Below, piece after piece: positions 22,707 to 33,062 of a stretch of 64,000 nt of DNA (position 1 is the stretch's first letter; every line of letters starts with the position of its first letter). The DNA comes from an uncultured Gemmatimonadales bacterium (lineage in GTDB: Bacteria > Gemmatimonadota > Gemmatimonadetes > Longimicrobiales > Longimicrobiaceae). The DNA lies in contig OY970303.1 of assembly GCA_963716255.1 (NCBI GenBank), positions 512,001-576,000 on the forward strand. Direction: 5' to 3'. Both the position numbers and the translations under genes were made by a program. The notes under the pieces are model-generated. The model saw nothing but the letters and a program-made list of their open reading frames with translations, made no database searches and had not been told where the DNA came from.

Positions 22707-25700
22707 GGCGGCCGTCCTCCGCAGGGACGGTGGAGCGGTCGTCCACCCGCCCGTCCGCGCCGATCGTCCGCGTGTCCCGAGCGGAGGAAGGCACGCTCTC
22801 GATGGCGGTCCCGCCGCCGATGGTGAGAACCACGGGGCCGCGGTAGTCGGCCGGCACCGTGGCGAGCGGTCCGGCCGTCGATCTGTCGCCGAAGGTCCAG
22901 GCAACTTCCACTTCGCCGGAGGAATCGAAGTCCGCCCAGAATCGGAAGCCTCCGGCGTGGCGCGCGGCGACGCGGCGCACGGGGATCACGGCGTGGATCG
23001 GTTCGCCGGGATCGTCCGGGGCGGTGTCGGCGTTCCAGCCGTCCGTCGCCGCCACGCGCACCCGGTCGAGCTCGCCGACCGTGAGCCGGCTGAACGGGAT
23101 CTCCGCGGAGTCCTGGCAGCCGCGCAGGCGGAGGACCGGACTCCATCCCCGTTCGCTTCCGACCTCGATCGTGGCGGAGGAGTGGGCGGAGCCGGAGTGG
23201 TCGTATCCGAAGGTGATCCGCTCCCCATCCATCTCCACCTCCGTGAGCTCCGGAGCGCCCGTCAGGCGGTCGACGCGGCGGACGGGCGGGACGGCGGACT
23301 CTTCGTCGTCGCAGAAGGCGTGGAAGCGCGGCGCGCCTTCGCGGCGCAGCTCCAGGGCGACCACGTCGTCGGAGACGGGGAGGAGGACGACGGCGCGCGC
23401 GGGGCGGTCGCCCGTCATCGCGCGCACCGGGGCGGAGGAGCGGACCCGGCCCGCGCGGTCGAGCCCGACGGCGCGGAGGTCGGTCGCGAACGGGGCGCCG
23501 GAGCCCGCGCCGCGCTCCTCGACGCGCAGCGGCTGGAGCCGCACGGAGCCGTCACCCTCCAGCGTCCCGACGATGCGGAGCCGGGTGGTGCGCGGCGCGG
23601 CAGAGGGCGGCTCGGCATCCAGCAGGTCACCGAGGGCGCCGGGGGTGGAGACGGCCACGGCGCGCGCGCCCTCCGCCGGCTCCATCCGGAAGAACTCCCT
23701 CGACGTCGGCGGGGTCGGGACGACGGCGACCCAGATCGACTCCTCGAAGCCGGGGCAGCGGGCGGCGAGCGCGTTCAGCCGTTCGAGGATCTCCAGCGTC
23801 ACCGGCACGTCGCGCCCCTCCGCCGCGCCGTCGAGCGACAGCTCCGCGTCGTCGATCCAGGCGGGCTCCGAAGCCTGCACGTCGATCCCCCGGTAGGAGC
23901 GCGCTTCCTCGACGGCCTCCACCACGTCGCCCGCGGACACGCGCCGCAGCTCGCGGCCGACCGCAGCAGGGCGCACGACCACCAGCGAGCGGGTGCGGAG
24001 CGGGGCGAAGCGGATGGGGCCGAAGTCCCGCCGGTCCTCGATCTCGCCGTCCGGGCCGCGATAGACCACGGTGCCGGTCAGCCCGTCCACGGCCAGCTTC
24101 CCGGGAAGGGCGGCGGTGGCGCAGCCGGCTTCGACCCGCATCCCGATCCTCGTTTCGCCGATGAGCAGGTCGGCGTGGCCGGGGGCGTCGGCAGCGGAGA
24201 GCAGGGCGGCGACCTGTGCCTCCACCCCTTCCACCAGCACGGGCCCGGAGACGCGGAGGTCGGCGCCGCGGACGTTGACCGCGCTCGGCGGCTGCGACCG
24301 GGCGGGGTTGCTTCCGCCGACGATCCTGAGCGGCACGGCGGGGACGCGGCCCGGCTGGGCGACGTCGACGCGGCGGATGCGGACGCGGACGCGCGCGGCC
24401 AGCTCCCGGCGCACCGGGCCGCCGCACGCGCCCTGGACCACCAGCACGAACGCCGCGCGCGAGTGGTCTTCCGGGGCCCTGATCTCCAGGTGCCCCTCCG
24501 CCTCCACCGCGCCCTGCTTCGGCTCGATGGAGACGGCGCGCGCGCCGGCCACGCGCCAGGAGAGCCGCAGCGCCCCGCCTGGGTCGACCACCCCGGGCGC
24601 CAGCGACGCCTCCAGGACCACGGGCGCGCCTCCGTCGAAGCGGGCCTGCGGCGAGCGCGGCGGCGTGGGCGGCCAGGGGAGGAGCGGGATGGATTCGACG
24701 GGGACGGGACCGCCGCGCAGCGCCGGCAGCGTGTCGTTCCGCTCGCTCCACGCCAGGCGCAGCGCCTCGCGCCCGCGGTTGCTGCGCTCCCGCAGCGCCG
24801 GGTCCGCGAAGCCGATCCACCCCGCGTGCGCGCCCTCGGGGACGATGACGCCGATGGTCCCGGCGGCGGCGTCCACCACCCCGGGGAGCTGCGAGACGGA
24901 CGGGTGCCCCTGCGCGGAGAACACCACCTCGGCCAGTTCCTCCTCCAGGAGCGGGAGGAAGTGGGCGGAGTCGAGAGCGCGCTCCGCGCTCGCGGGGACC
25001 TCACCGGCGGCGAGGAATAGGATCGGCCCGTCGCCGATCAGCGGCTCAACGCGGAGGGTGACGGGCGTGCCGGGGCAGGCGTCGCGCGGCTCCACCTCAA
25101 CGATGGAGCCGGTGCCGGCGGCGTCCCAGGTGGTCGCGATCACGTCCGAGACGACGTACTCGAACAGGAGCTCCAGGCACGCCCACCGCGCCCGCTCGCA
25201 GGGATCGGTGAGGAAGGAGGCGATGGAGGCAGAGAGGCGGCGGTCCTGCCCGTTGTCGCTCCTTCCGCCCAGCCCGGCAAGCAGCGCCTTCACCTGCGAC
25301 ACCGACATCCCGGCGGCCAGCGAGCGCGCGAGCGCCTCGGCCGGGCCGGCGGCGATCGCCAGCCCCAGCACGTTGTTGATCAGCGGCTCGGCGAGCCCGG
25401 CCGGCATCCCCACCCTCCCGGCGGCGAGCGCCACGATCACCAGCCCGCCCATGTCCACCACGCCGTCGTCGCACGGGACGGCTGGCACGCTGGCCGCGAA
25501 CAGGCTCGCGTTCCCGCCGTCGCCCATGACGGCGCGGATGGCCGCGAGCGGCGGCACCTGCGTGGCGGCGAGGGCCAGGAGGAGACGCAGGCGCTCGGCG
25601 GCCAGGACGTCGTCGCCCAGGGCGCCCCCGGCGTCCTTCGCCAGCGCCTCCAGGAGCGAGAGCGGCGCCAGGAGGAGGGCTCGCGCGCCGTCCAGCGCCG

Positions 25701-25815
25701 GGTCCTGGGCCACGGCCGCGTCCAGTGCCCCCAGCAGCGCCTCGTGGCGCCGCGGATCGAGCACCACCAGCCCCTCGGCAGCCGCGTTGCTCGCCATCAT
25801 CAGCGGATCAGACAT
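22699..25815 (-). CDS. 1038 aa protein with helical N-terminus and several Ig/IPT-like domains (gene 13)
   Basis: IVEVEPRDACPGTPVTL and PGGALRLSWRV Ig-like starts; 8-nt overlap with the next gene. Confidence 0.65.
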   Translation of the reverse strand: MSDPLMMASNAAAEGLVVLDPRRHEALLGALDAAVAQDPALDGARALLLAPLSLLEALAKDAGGALGDDVLAAERLRLLLALAATQVPPLAAIRAVMGDGGNASLFAASVPAVPCDDGVVDMGGLVIVALAAGRVGMPAGLAEPLINNVLGLAIAAGPAEALARSLAAGMSVSQVKALLAGLGGRSDNGQDRRLSASIASFLTDPCERARWACLELLFEYVVSDVIATTWDAAGTGSIVEVEPRDACPGTPVTLRVEPLIGDGPILFLAAGEVPASAERALDSAHFLPLLEEELAEVVFSAQGHPSVSQLPGVVDAAAGTIGVIVPEGAHAGWIGFADPALRERSNRGREALRLAWSERNDTLPALRGGPVPVESIPLLPWPPTPPRSPQARFDGGAPVVLEASLAPGVVDPGGALRLSWRVAGARAVSIEPKQGAVEAEGHLEIRAPEDHSRAAFVLVVQGACGGPVRRELAARVRVRIRRVDVAQPGRVPAVPLRIVGGSNPARSQPPSAVNVRGADLRVSGPVLVEGVEAQVAALLSAADAPGHADLLIGETRIGMRVEAGCATAALPGKLAVDGLTGTVVYRGPDGEIEDRRDFGPIRFAPLRTRSLVVVRPAAVGRELRRVSAGDVVEAVEEARSYRGIDVQASEPAWIDDAELSLDGAAEGRDVPVTLEILERLNALAARCPGFEESIWVAVVPTPPTSREFFRMEPAEGARAVAVSTPGALGDLLDAEPPSAAPRTTRLRIVGTLEGDGSVRLQPLRVEERGAGSGAPFATDLRAVGLDRAGRVRSSAPVRAMTGDRPARAVVLLPVSDDVVALELRREGAPRFHAFCDDEESAVPPVRRVDRLTGAPELTEVEMDGERITFGYDHSGSAHSSATIEVGSERGWSPVLRLRGCQDSAEIPFSRLTVGELDRVRVAATDGWNADTAPDDPGEPIHAVIPVRRVAARHAGGFRFWADFDSSGEVEVAWTFGDRSTAGPLATVPADYRGPVVLTIGGGTAIESVPSSARDTRTIGADGRVDDRSTVPAEDGRHA

Positions 25816-25930
25816 CGTCCGTGCGGTTGGGGGAGACTACAAAGTGCCTGGTGTCCAGTGCCAGGTGCTTCCCGTGCCGACCAGGATCGCGGCTGCCGTC
25901 GGGCAGACATCCTGAAGGCGCGCTCCGCTG

Positions 25931-27346
25931 TCAGTCGTGCGACTCCGGCGGATGCGCCTCCGCTTCCGGGGCCGGGGCCGGTGTCGGAGCCGGAGTCGCA
26001 GTCGGCGCGGGCTCGGAGCTCGGCGGTGTCGCTCCCGACGCCGTGTCGCCGCCGCCGCTCCCGCCGGCCGCGGAGAAGTCGCGGCGCTGGCGCAGGCTGC
26101 GCGCCTCGTCGGAGTCGGGGGCGGGGGGCGGCGTGGCGGGCAGCTCCGGGACTGCCTGGAAGTTGGCGGGCCGGGTGCGGCGCTCGCCGGTGTCGGCGGG
26201 GAGGAGGCTCTCCAGCTGGTGCTCCGCCACCGGGTTCATCGAGCGGTTGCGGATGTCGCGGACTGCACCCTCGCTCGTCATGCGGTTGAGCTGGATCGGC
26301 TCGGTGTGGAAGTTCACTTCCACGTCGGAGCGCAGCCCGGCCCTCACCGCGATCTCCTCGCGCGAGAACTGCTCGTCGGAGGTCACGTAGCCCACGGTGG
26401 CCTGCATGTTGGCGCTGGCCCCCCACATCCCGGTGCCGAAGGAAGCGCTCCCGCCGGTGGTGACGCGAGTGTCGGCGCGCTCGGCCTTGTTCTGCTCGGC
26501 GGTGCTCCGCGCATCCACCTGCAGGTTCATCGAGGCGTGGATCCGCCCCGCGTCCACCACGATGCGGTTCATCCCCATCAGCAGCATGGTGGAAAGCATC
26601 GCCTGGCGGTCGCGGGCCAGCTTGCGCTTCACCAGCGGGAGGAGCGTCTCCTCCAGCTCGTCCTCCTGGATGGTGGAGACCTCCTCCTCGGTGGCGTCGA
26701 GCGCGCTCTTCAGCTCGTCCTCCTCCGGCATATCCGCGCTCTCGCCCAGTTCCAGGATGGGCGGGGCCCCCTCGGCGGTGACCACGCGGAAGACCGGGAA
26801 GCGCTGCGCCGCCCAGTCCATCGCCCGGCCGGTGGTGATGCTGCTGGCGGCGAACTGGCCGGTGCTCATCCCCACCGCCCCCAGCAGGTCGGCGTACGCC
26901 GTGAGCTGCTGGATGGTGGATGTGTTCATCGCCTGGAAGACGCCCGTGATCAGCGAGGTGACGAAGCCGGGGAAGTCGATGGCGTTCCTGACGTTCTGCA
27001 GCACCCCCGCGGCCGAGTCCACCGCCGTGCGGCGATGGAAGTCGCCCGCCGCCTGCGCCCGGGCGAGCGCCGACTTCCCCGGGTCGGAAGCCGACATCCC
27101 GGCCGCGACCGCAGCCGGCTCCCCGGCGGGAGACGTGGAGAAGGCGGGGGAGGTGGACGACCTCCGGCGGCCGATCTGGTCCGTCAGCCGCCCGTCCACT
27201 TCCATCAGGTCGCAGGCGGTGGCGCAGACGCGCACCATGCTCTCGGCCAGGCGCCGCTGCAGCGCCGGGTCGCGGCGCAGCTCGGGCGTACGCTCGACGA
27301 CGGCGCGGACGGCGCGCCGGACGGTATCGAGCGTCCCACGGCTCAT
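25931..27346 (-). CDS. beta-hairpin paralog E (471 aa, gene 12)
   Basis: DFPGFVTSLITGVFQA, MLLMGMNRIVV and VEVNFHTE shared with four other genes. Confidence 0.85.
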   Translation of the reverse strand: MSRGTLDTVRRAVRAVVERTPELRRDPALQRRLAESMVRVCATACDLMEVDGRLTDQIGRRRSSTSPAFSTSPAGEPAAVAAGMSASDPGKSALARAQAAGDFHRRTAVDSAAGVLQNVRNAIDFPGFVTSLITGVFQAMNTSTIQQLTAYADLLGAVGMSTGQFAASSITTGRAMDWAAQRFPVFRVVTAEGAPPILELGESADMPEEDELKSALDATEEEVSTIQEDELEETLLPLVKRKLARDRQAMLSTMLLMGMNRIVVDAGRIHASMNLQVDARSTAEQNKAERADTRVTTGGSASFGTGMWGASANMQATVGYVTSDEQFSREEIAVRAGLRSDVEVNFHTEPIQLNRMTSEGAVRDIRNRSMNPVAEHQLESLLPADTGERRTRPANFQAVPELPATPPPAPDSDEARSLRQRRDFSAAGGSGGGDTASGATPPSSEPAPTATPAPTPAPAPEAEAHPPESHD

Positions 27347-28266
27347 CACGCCGCCCCGGCCGACGCGCCCCAGCTTTCCGCGTCGCGGATGACCGGGGCG
27401 CCCCGCGGGACGCGCACCGCGCCGGCGTCCAGGCGCGCCGCCTCGTCCGCGATCCAGCTGATGATCCGCATCCCCGACTGCGCCCGCGACAGGCGGCCCT
27501 GCACGTCCACCTGCCGCCCCAGGAGGCGGGGCGCGTGCCGGGACACGATCATCCACGGGCTCCCCCCGCCCATCGCCCTCACCACGTCCGCGTTGCGGAG
27601 GATGGAGAGCGCGGACCTCACCTGCGCCACGATGTCGCGCGCCGCGAAGGCCGCGATCCCGACGGCGCGGTTCGACAGCAGCGCTCCCAGTTCTTGCGCC
27701 TGCGCGGCGGCGCGGGCCTCCAGGCTCCCCGTCCCCAGGTCCTGCCTTGACCGGCCGATGGCCCTGAGCGTCTCCGCCAGCGCCTGGAGCTTCGGCTCCA
27801 CCGCGTCGCCCGGCTGCGGCTGCGCGGGGTCGCCCAGGAGGCGGGCGAAGAGGGCGCGCCGCTCGGCGCCGGTGAAGCGGTGGTCGCGCGACCTCCAGAA
27901 GCGGACCAGCTCGTGGACGGCCGCGCCCAGCGGCTCCATGATCGCCCCGGCCGCCACCCCCTGCGCCAGCGCCTCCACCAAGGGGAGGAGCCCGGCGGCC
28001 TCCAGCTCCGCCGCCCAGAAGAGCACCCCCGCAACGCGGAGCTGTGCGTCCACCAGGCGCCCGCCGCTCAGGGGCGGAAGGTCGATGACCCCCAGCGCGG
28101 CGGGACCGTACTGGCCGCGCACCGCCTCCATGTGCCGGGCCAGCAGCTCGTCGCAGTGGTCCAGCCCGGAGAGCTCCGGCGCCGCGTCGGCCACCGCGAG
28201 CGCGGCGGCCTGCGCGCTCCCGGGGACCGGGAAGATCGGGACCTGGGAAAGGAATCGGGAACTCAT
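27346..28266 (-). CDS. helical protein (306 aa), paralog of 33063-34688 (gene 11)
   Basis: RFTGAERRALFARLLG, GIAAFAA, AQSGMRIISWIAD align with the 541 aa protein; ATGA coupling. Confidence 0.8.
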   Translation of the reverse strand: MSSRFLSQVPIFPVPGSAQAAALAVADAAPELSGLDHCDELLARHMEAVRGQYGPAALGVIDLPPLSGGRLVDAQLRVAGVLFWAAELEAAGLLPLVEALAQGVAAGAIMEPLGAAVHELVRFWRSRDHRFTGAERRALFARLLGDPAQPQPGDAVEPKLQALAETLRAIGRSRQDLGTGSLEARAAAQAQELGALLSNRAVGIAAFAARDIVAQVRSALSILRNADVVRAMGGGSPWMIVSRHAPRLLGRQVDVQGRLSRAQSGMRIISWIADEAARLDAGAVRVPRGAPVIRDAESWGASAGAA

Positions 28267-29375
28267 TTCTGCGCCCGCTCGTTGACGGACTGGATCTGGA
28301 CGGACGAGGCCATCTTGTCGAGCGGGAAGGTCTCGCTCTTGAAGTTCACGCGGACCTCGCCGGTCAGGTTTGCCTTCATCTGCGCCTTGGACTCGCTGGT
28401 GTCGTCCACGCTCGACGTCACCACCGTCTTGTGCGTCTCCTGCGAGTCGTCGAAGCTGCTGCTGAACCACCCGCCGCCGTCGTGGGTCTGCCTGGCGGTG
28501 TCCTTCTGGTCGTAGAGCGAGGCGCGCGACTGGCGGTTGGCGTTGTCGTTGGCCTTCACGTCAAAGACCACCTTTGCGTTGATCAGCCCGTCGGTCACCA
28601 CGATGCGGTTGATCCCCAGAAGGACCATGGTGGCGAGCTGCTGCTGGCGCATCCTGGCCATCTCCAGCTGCGCCTGGCGCGTCAGCCGCGCCTCGCCCTC
28701 CTCTTCGTCCAGATCGAAGTCCTCCTTGATCCCCAGCGTGCTCTTCACGCCGGCCAGCGCCTTCTCCTCGTCGTCGACCCCGGGGCGCATCCGCAGCCGC
28801 GGCTTGCCGCCGTTCGTGTCGACGGTGAAAGTCTCGGGGAAGCGGTCGCTCAGGTAGTCGCGCGCCTGGTTCTGGGAGATGTGGTCCGAGGCGAACTGGT
28901 CGACGCTCTTGACCACCCCCTCCAGAAGCTTCCCGTACGCCTGCATCTGCCGGATGGAGGAGTCGACGATGGAGGTGAAGACGCCCTCGATCAGCCCCGA
29001 GACGAACTTGGGGAAGTCGACCGAGTCGACCAGCTCCTTGAAGGCTTTGGTCCCGGCCTCCATCGCGCCGGCCTTGAAGTCCCTCCCCACCACGTCCTGC
29101 TTGTTCGCCAGCCGGTCGCCCGTCTTCTCGGCGGCCGTCTTCTTCTCGGCCAGCGACTCGGCGAGCTCCGTCTCCGTCCCCATCGCCCCGGCGAGCTCGG
29201 GCTGCCCGGCCGCGGGGTCGGCCAAAAAGGCCACCACGTCCACCAGGCCCTGCGCAATCCGCCTGCGGTCGGGCTCGGGCATCCGTTTCCAGGCGTCGGA
29301 GCGCTCCAGGAGGCCCTTCACCTCGGAGCGGACCACGTCCTGCCGCTCGGGCGGGAGGTTCTTCAGCGCGGTCAT
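28263..29375 (-). CDS. beta-hairpin paralog D (370 aa, gene 10)
   Basis: DFPKFVSGLIEGVF, MVLLGINRIVVTDG, GEVRVNFKSET; ATGA overlap at 29372-29375. Confidence 0.88.
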   Translation of the reverse strand: MTALKNLPPERQDVVRSEVKGLLERSDAWKRMPEPDRRRIAQGLVDVVAFLADPAAGQPELAGAMGTETELAESLAEKKTAAEKTGDRLANKQDVVGRDFKAGAMEAGTKAFKELVDSVDFPKFVSGLIEGVFTSIVDSSIRQMQAYGKLLEGVVKSVDQFASDHISQNQARDYLSDRFPETFTVDTNGGKPRLRMRPGVDDEEKALAGVKSTLGIKEDFDLDEEEGEARLTRQAQLEMARMRQQQLATMVLLGINRIVVTDGLINAKVVFDVKANDNANRQSRASLYDQKDTARQTHDGGGWFSSSFDDSQETHKTVVTSSVDDTSESKAQMKANLTGEVRVNFKSETFPLDKMASSVQIQSVNERAQK

Positions 29376-30544
29376 GCGGTCCCCCGCTGGGCCGGGGCGG
29401 GCGCGGGAGCGCGGGCCGCCGCGGGAGCGCCGGCCGCGGGGGCCGCTCCCGGCTGCGAGAGGTAGTTCATCTGGTCCATCTGCAGCGCGTCCAGCATGCG
29501 CTCGGGCGGGAGGGTCTCGCTCTTGAAGTTCACGCGCACCTCGCCGGTGAGCTGCGCCTTCATCGCCGCCTTCGACTCGCTGGAGTCGTCGATGGAGCTG
29601 CGCACGGTGGTCTTGTGCTTCTGCTGGCTGTAGCCGCCCGCCGCCCCCCAGGGGAGCGCCGCAGTGGCGACGCCGCCCGTCTCGGACTGCGCCTGGTCGT
29701 CCAGGGAGGCCTTCGCATTCCGCCTGGCGTTGTCGCTGGCCTTGACGTCGAAGATCACCTTGGCGTTGATGCGGCCGTTGGTGACCACGATGCGGTTGAT
29801 CCCCAGCATCACCATCAGCGCCATCATCTTCTGGCGCTGGCGGGCCATCTCCAGCTTGGCGGCGGCGATGAACTTCTTCTCGCTTTCGGCGCTTGAAAGG
29901 TCGACCCGCTCCGTCGTCCGCGCGAACTGCTGGAGGCCGGCGGTGTCGCCGTCGCCGTCGTCGCTCGCCTGCATCAGGCGGGAGGTGCCGTCCTCGTCGC
30001 GGGAGATGCGCACGAGCGAGGGGAAGCGCTGCGCCACCTGCTCGCGCGCCTGGTCGTCGGAGATGTGGTCCTCGGCGAACTGGCCGACGGTCTTTGCGGT
30101 GGCGGCCAGGAGCTCGCCGTACGCCTCCATCTGCTGGATGGAGGCGTCGACGATGGCCTGGAAGACACCCTGGATCAGTCCGCTGACGAACGCCGGGAAG
30201 TCCACCGTCTGCACGAGGTTGCCAAACTCCTGCACGCCCTGCCTCATGGCGCCCGCCTCGAAGTCGGTCCCCACCTGGCCTGGCGCCTTGGCCAGGCGCT
30301 TCTTCAGGTCGTCCACCGGCCCCATGGCCTCGGCCATCCCCGCGCTCCCCGGCGGGTCGGCGGCGTCGAGCCACCCCGGGTCCCTGGCGAGGTACGCCGC
30401 CACCTTCACCATGTCCTGGGCGAAGGCCTTCCGGTCCGCGGGGCCCATGGTCTGCCACGCGGCCGACTGCGAAAGGACGTTGCCGACCTCCTGCCGGACC
30501 AGTCCGACGTCGTCCGGCGGGGCCGCGAGGGGCGTCGCGTCCAT
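29372..30544 (-). CDS. beta-hairpin paralog C (390 aa, gene 9)
   Basis: DFPAFVSGLIQGVF, MVMLGINRIVVTNG, GEVRVNFKSET. Confidence 0.88.
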   Translation of the reverse strand: MDATPLAAPPDDVGLVRQEVGNVLSQSAAWQTMGPADRKAFAQDMVKVAAYLARDPGWLDAADPPGSAGMAEAMGPVDDLKKRLAKAPGQVGTDFEAGAMRQGVQEFGNLVQTVDFPAFVSGLIQGVFQAIVDASIQQMEAYGELLAATAKTVGQFAEDHISDDQAREQVAQRFPSLVRISRDEDGTSRLMQASDDGDGDTAGLQQFARTTERVDLSSAESEKKFIAAAKLEMARQRQKMMALMVMLGINRIVVTNGRINAKVIFDVKASDNARRNAKASLDDQAQSETGGVATAALPWGAAGGYSQQKHKTTVRSSIDDSSESKAAMKAQLTGEVRVNFKSETLPPERMLDALQMDQMNYLSQPGAAPAAGAPAAARAPAPAPAQRGTA

Positions 30545-30547
30545 GGA

Positions 30548-31921
30548 TCAGGCCGCCGGCGCGGGGGCGACGGGCGTCTGCGCGGGGGCGGGGGCGGGCG
30601 GGGACGCCGCGGGAGCTCCGGCCGCTGCGGGGGCGCCCGGGGCCGGCGCGCCCCGGCCGGCGCTCTTCACGCGCTCCAGCTTGAAGATGTCGGCCTCGGC
30701 CACCAGCTTGTTGAGGTCCACCGTCTCCGACTTGAAGTTGAGCGACACCTCGCCGCGCAGCTGCCCCTCAGCCGAGACCTCGGCGTTGGTCGCCGTCTCG
30801 GTCATGTTGGACAGCGTGATCACCGGCGTGGTGGTGGTCTGGTCGACCCCGCGCGTCCACCGCGAGCTCTCGCCCGACTTGCTGGACCCGCGGTTCCACC
30901 ACCCGCGCGAGTTGCTCTCGTTGTAGTTCTCCCCGGTCTGCTCCGAGCTCTCGCGCTCCGACTGCGTGACCACGATGTTTCCCTGGTTCTCGTAGTCGAA
31001 GGTCTGCGCGTACGAGTTCATCGTGTCGCGGGCGCGGAAGTCGAAGCGCAGCTTCGCGTTGATCTTTCCGTCCGTGACCACGATCCGGTTGATCCCCATC
31101 AACAGCATGGTCGCCAACAGCGTCTGGCGGCTGCGCGCCAGGTCGTTGCGCGCGGCGGGGACCAGCTTCTCCTCGATGACCTCCTCGTCCAGGTCGTCGA
31201 CGTCCTCGTCCAGCCCCAGGTCGGCGCGGAAGTTGGGAAGCGTCATCCCGCCGGCGTTCGGCCGCGGCCCCACCTTGGGCTGGCCGTCCACGATGTTGAC
31301 CTGCATCAGCGTGGGATACTTGCCCACCAGGTGGTCGCGCGCCTGGTTCTCGGTGACGTTCTGGTCGCGGAAGTCGGAAAGCGACATCGCCACCGACTGC
31401 ACCATCTCGCCGTACGCTTTCATCTGCTGGACGGAGGCGTCGACCACGGCCTGGAAGACGCCCTGGATCAGCTCGGCGACGAAGTTGGGGAAGTTGACCT
31501 CGCGCAGCAGCTCGCCCGCCTGCTGCACCCCCATGGCGATCCCGCTCCCGAAGTCGCCGGCCTTCTTGGGCCCGATGTTGTCGGAACGCCGGGTGGTGGC
31601 GCCGCCGCTCCCCTTCAGGAAGGCGCCGCGGTCGGTGGTCGTCACCCCCGTCTGCCCCTGTCCGGGGCGGCCGGGGATCCCCCCGACGCCGGTCCTGTCG
31701 TCCATGGAGACGGCGAAGGGGTCGCCCCCGCCGCCGCCCTCCGCGGCCACCTGGCTGAGCCGGTTGGCGGCCAGCGTGGCGACGACCGCCTCGGTGTTCC
31801 GGCGGATGCTCTCCTGGTCGGCCGGGGGGAGCGCGTGGTACGACGCGCTCCGCCCCAGCATCTCGCCCACCTGCCGCCGGACCTCGTGGTCCTGTTCGGG
31901 CCGGCTCAACGTGCTCGTCAT
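30548..31921 (-). CDS. beta-hairpin paralog B (457 aa, gene 8)
   Basis: NFPNFVAELIQGVF, MLLMGINRIVVTDG, GEVSLNFKSET; GGGAGG RBS. Confidence 0.88.
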   Translation of the reverse strand: MTSTLSRPEQDHEVRRQVGEMLGRSASYHALPPADQESIRRNTEAVVATLAANRLSQVAAEGGGGGDPFAVSMDDRTGVGGIPGRPGQGQTGVTTTDRGAFLKGSGGATTRRSDNIGPKKAGDFGSGIAMGVQQAGELLREVNFPNFVAELIQGVFQAVVDASVQQMKAYGEMVQSVAMSLSDFRDQNVTENQARDHLVGKYPTLMQVNIVDGQPKVGPRPNAGGMTLPNFRADLGLDEDVDDLDEEVIEEKLVPAARNDLARSRQTLLATMLLMGINRIVVTDGKINAKLRFDFRARDTMNSYAQTFDYENQGNIVVTQSERESSEQTGENYNESNSRGWWNRGSSKSGESSRWTRGVDQTTTTPVITLSNMTETATNAEVSAEGQLRGEVSLNFKSETVDLNKLVAEADIFKLERVKSAGRGAPAPGAPAAAGAPAASPPAPAPAQTPVAPAPAA

Positions 31922-31957
31922 GGCTCAAGTCCTCCCGGCCGGGTCGACCGGCCGGCG

Positions 31958-33043
31958 TCAGGCGTGGTATGGGTCGGCGTACGCGGGCGCCGCGGCGTGG
32001 ACGCCGCCGGGCGAGGTGGACTGGCGCCCCTGCTGCGCGTAGCCGTTGGGGCGGATGTAGAGCGAGCAGCGCGTGCCGGCCACCTGAGGCTGGCTGCGGA
32101 AGCTCACCACGCTGATGGCTCCGGGCCCCTGTTCCCACTCGTCGTCCGGGGTCATGGCCTGCACCCACTTGCGCAGCTGCATCTGTGCCTGCGGCCGCTC
32201 GCCCATCGTCATCTTCAGCAGGTCGAACATCTGCCGCGGGGGGTCGGGGACGCCGGCCACCAGCACGTCCAGCTTCATCTCGATCCCCTTCTCCGTGTCG
32301 CGCAGCCCCAGGATGACCGAACCCTCAGGGAGGACGAAGCGCCCGCCCAGGACCACCCCGGCCGAGGCCAGGAGAGCGGGGAGCTGCGCGCCCACCCCCA
32401 GGCGGTGCATCAGCGGCTCCAGGTCCAGGAGCCGGAGGTCGCCCCGGTGGAAGAAGTAGAGGCGCTGCGCCCCCTTCTGCCGCCCGCAGGCGATGGAGGT
32501 GAAGATGGGGACGAGCCCGGGGAGGCACTGCACGGCCACGCGGGCCACGTGCTGCAGGTTGGGCGGGAGGCCGTCCACGTCGCCGGGGCGGAGCTCGTAG
32601 TAGACCTTCGACTCCTGTACCCCCGCGGGGTCGACGCCCAGGCCGAACCAGGCCCCGAAGCGGGCGCCGCCGTGCAGCGCGGCGCCGCGGAAGTGCTCGC
32701 TCCGCTCGTCGAACCAGCGCAGCGCCGCCGAGCCGAAGTTGCCGGAGACCACCCGGCGCATCTCGCGGCCGGCCTCCTGCTGCCGGGCGTGGGCGCCGGC
32801 CCCGGGGCCCAGCGGCTCGATGTCGAGCCGCAGGGCGTCGGATGCGACCTCCGAGAAGGAGTGCTCGATCGGCGTATAGCCGGGCGTCAGCTCATTCTGG
32901 CCGTAGCGCGGGTCCCCCACCGGGAGGTCGAGGCTGCGGTCCAGGAGCCCGCCGATGATCTCGCCCGGGTCCGGCGTCCCCAGCCGGCGCGAGGCGATCT
33001 GGAGGCGGCGCCGGGCCACCTCCGCGGCTCTTTGATTGGACAT
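31958..33043 (-). CDS. DMATS/ABBA aromatic prenyltransferase-like protein (gene 7)
   Basis: LTPGYTPIEHSF..LRLDIEP, KVYY, RLYF, SLYIRP resemble DMATS barrel motifs. Confidence 0.6.
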   Translation of the reverse strand: MSNQRAAEVARRRLQIASRRLGTPDPGEIIGGLLDRSLDLPVGDPRYGQNELTPGYTPIEHSFSEVASDALRLDIEPLGPGAGAHARQQEAGREMRRVVSGNFGSAALRWFDERSEHFRGAALHGGARFGAWFGLGVDPAGVQESKVYYELRPGDVDGLPPNLQHVARVAVQCLPGLVPIFTSIACGRQKGAQRLYFFHRGDLRLLDLEPLMHRLGVGAQLPALLASAGVVLGGRFVLPEGSVILGLRDTEKGIEMKLDVLVAGVPDPPRQMFDLLKMTMGERPQAQMQLRKWVQAMTPDDEWEQGPGAISVVSFRSQPQVAGTRCSLYIRPNGYAQQGRQSTSPGGVHAAAPAYADPYHA

Positions 33044-33062
33044 GGTTCAGATCCTCCCCGGC

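Noticed and set aside
22699..25815. Metallopeptidase call for the 1038 aa protein
   Set aside because: Layout recalls Ig-flanked peptidases but no HExxH motif is present
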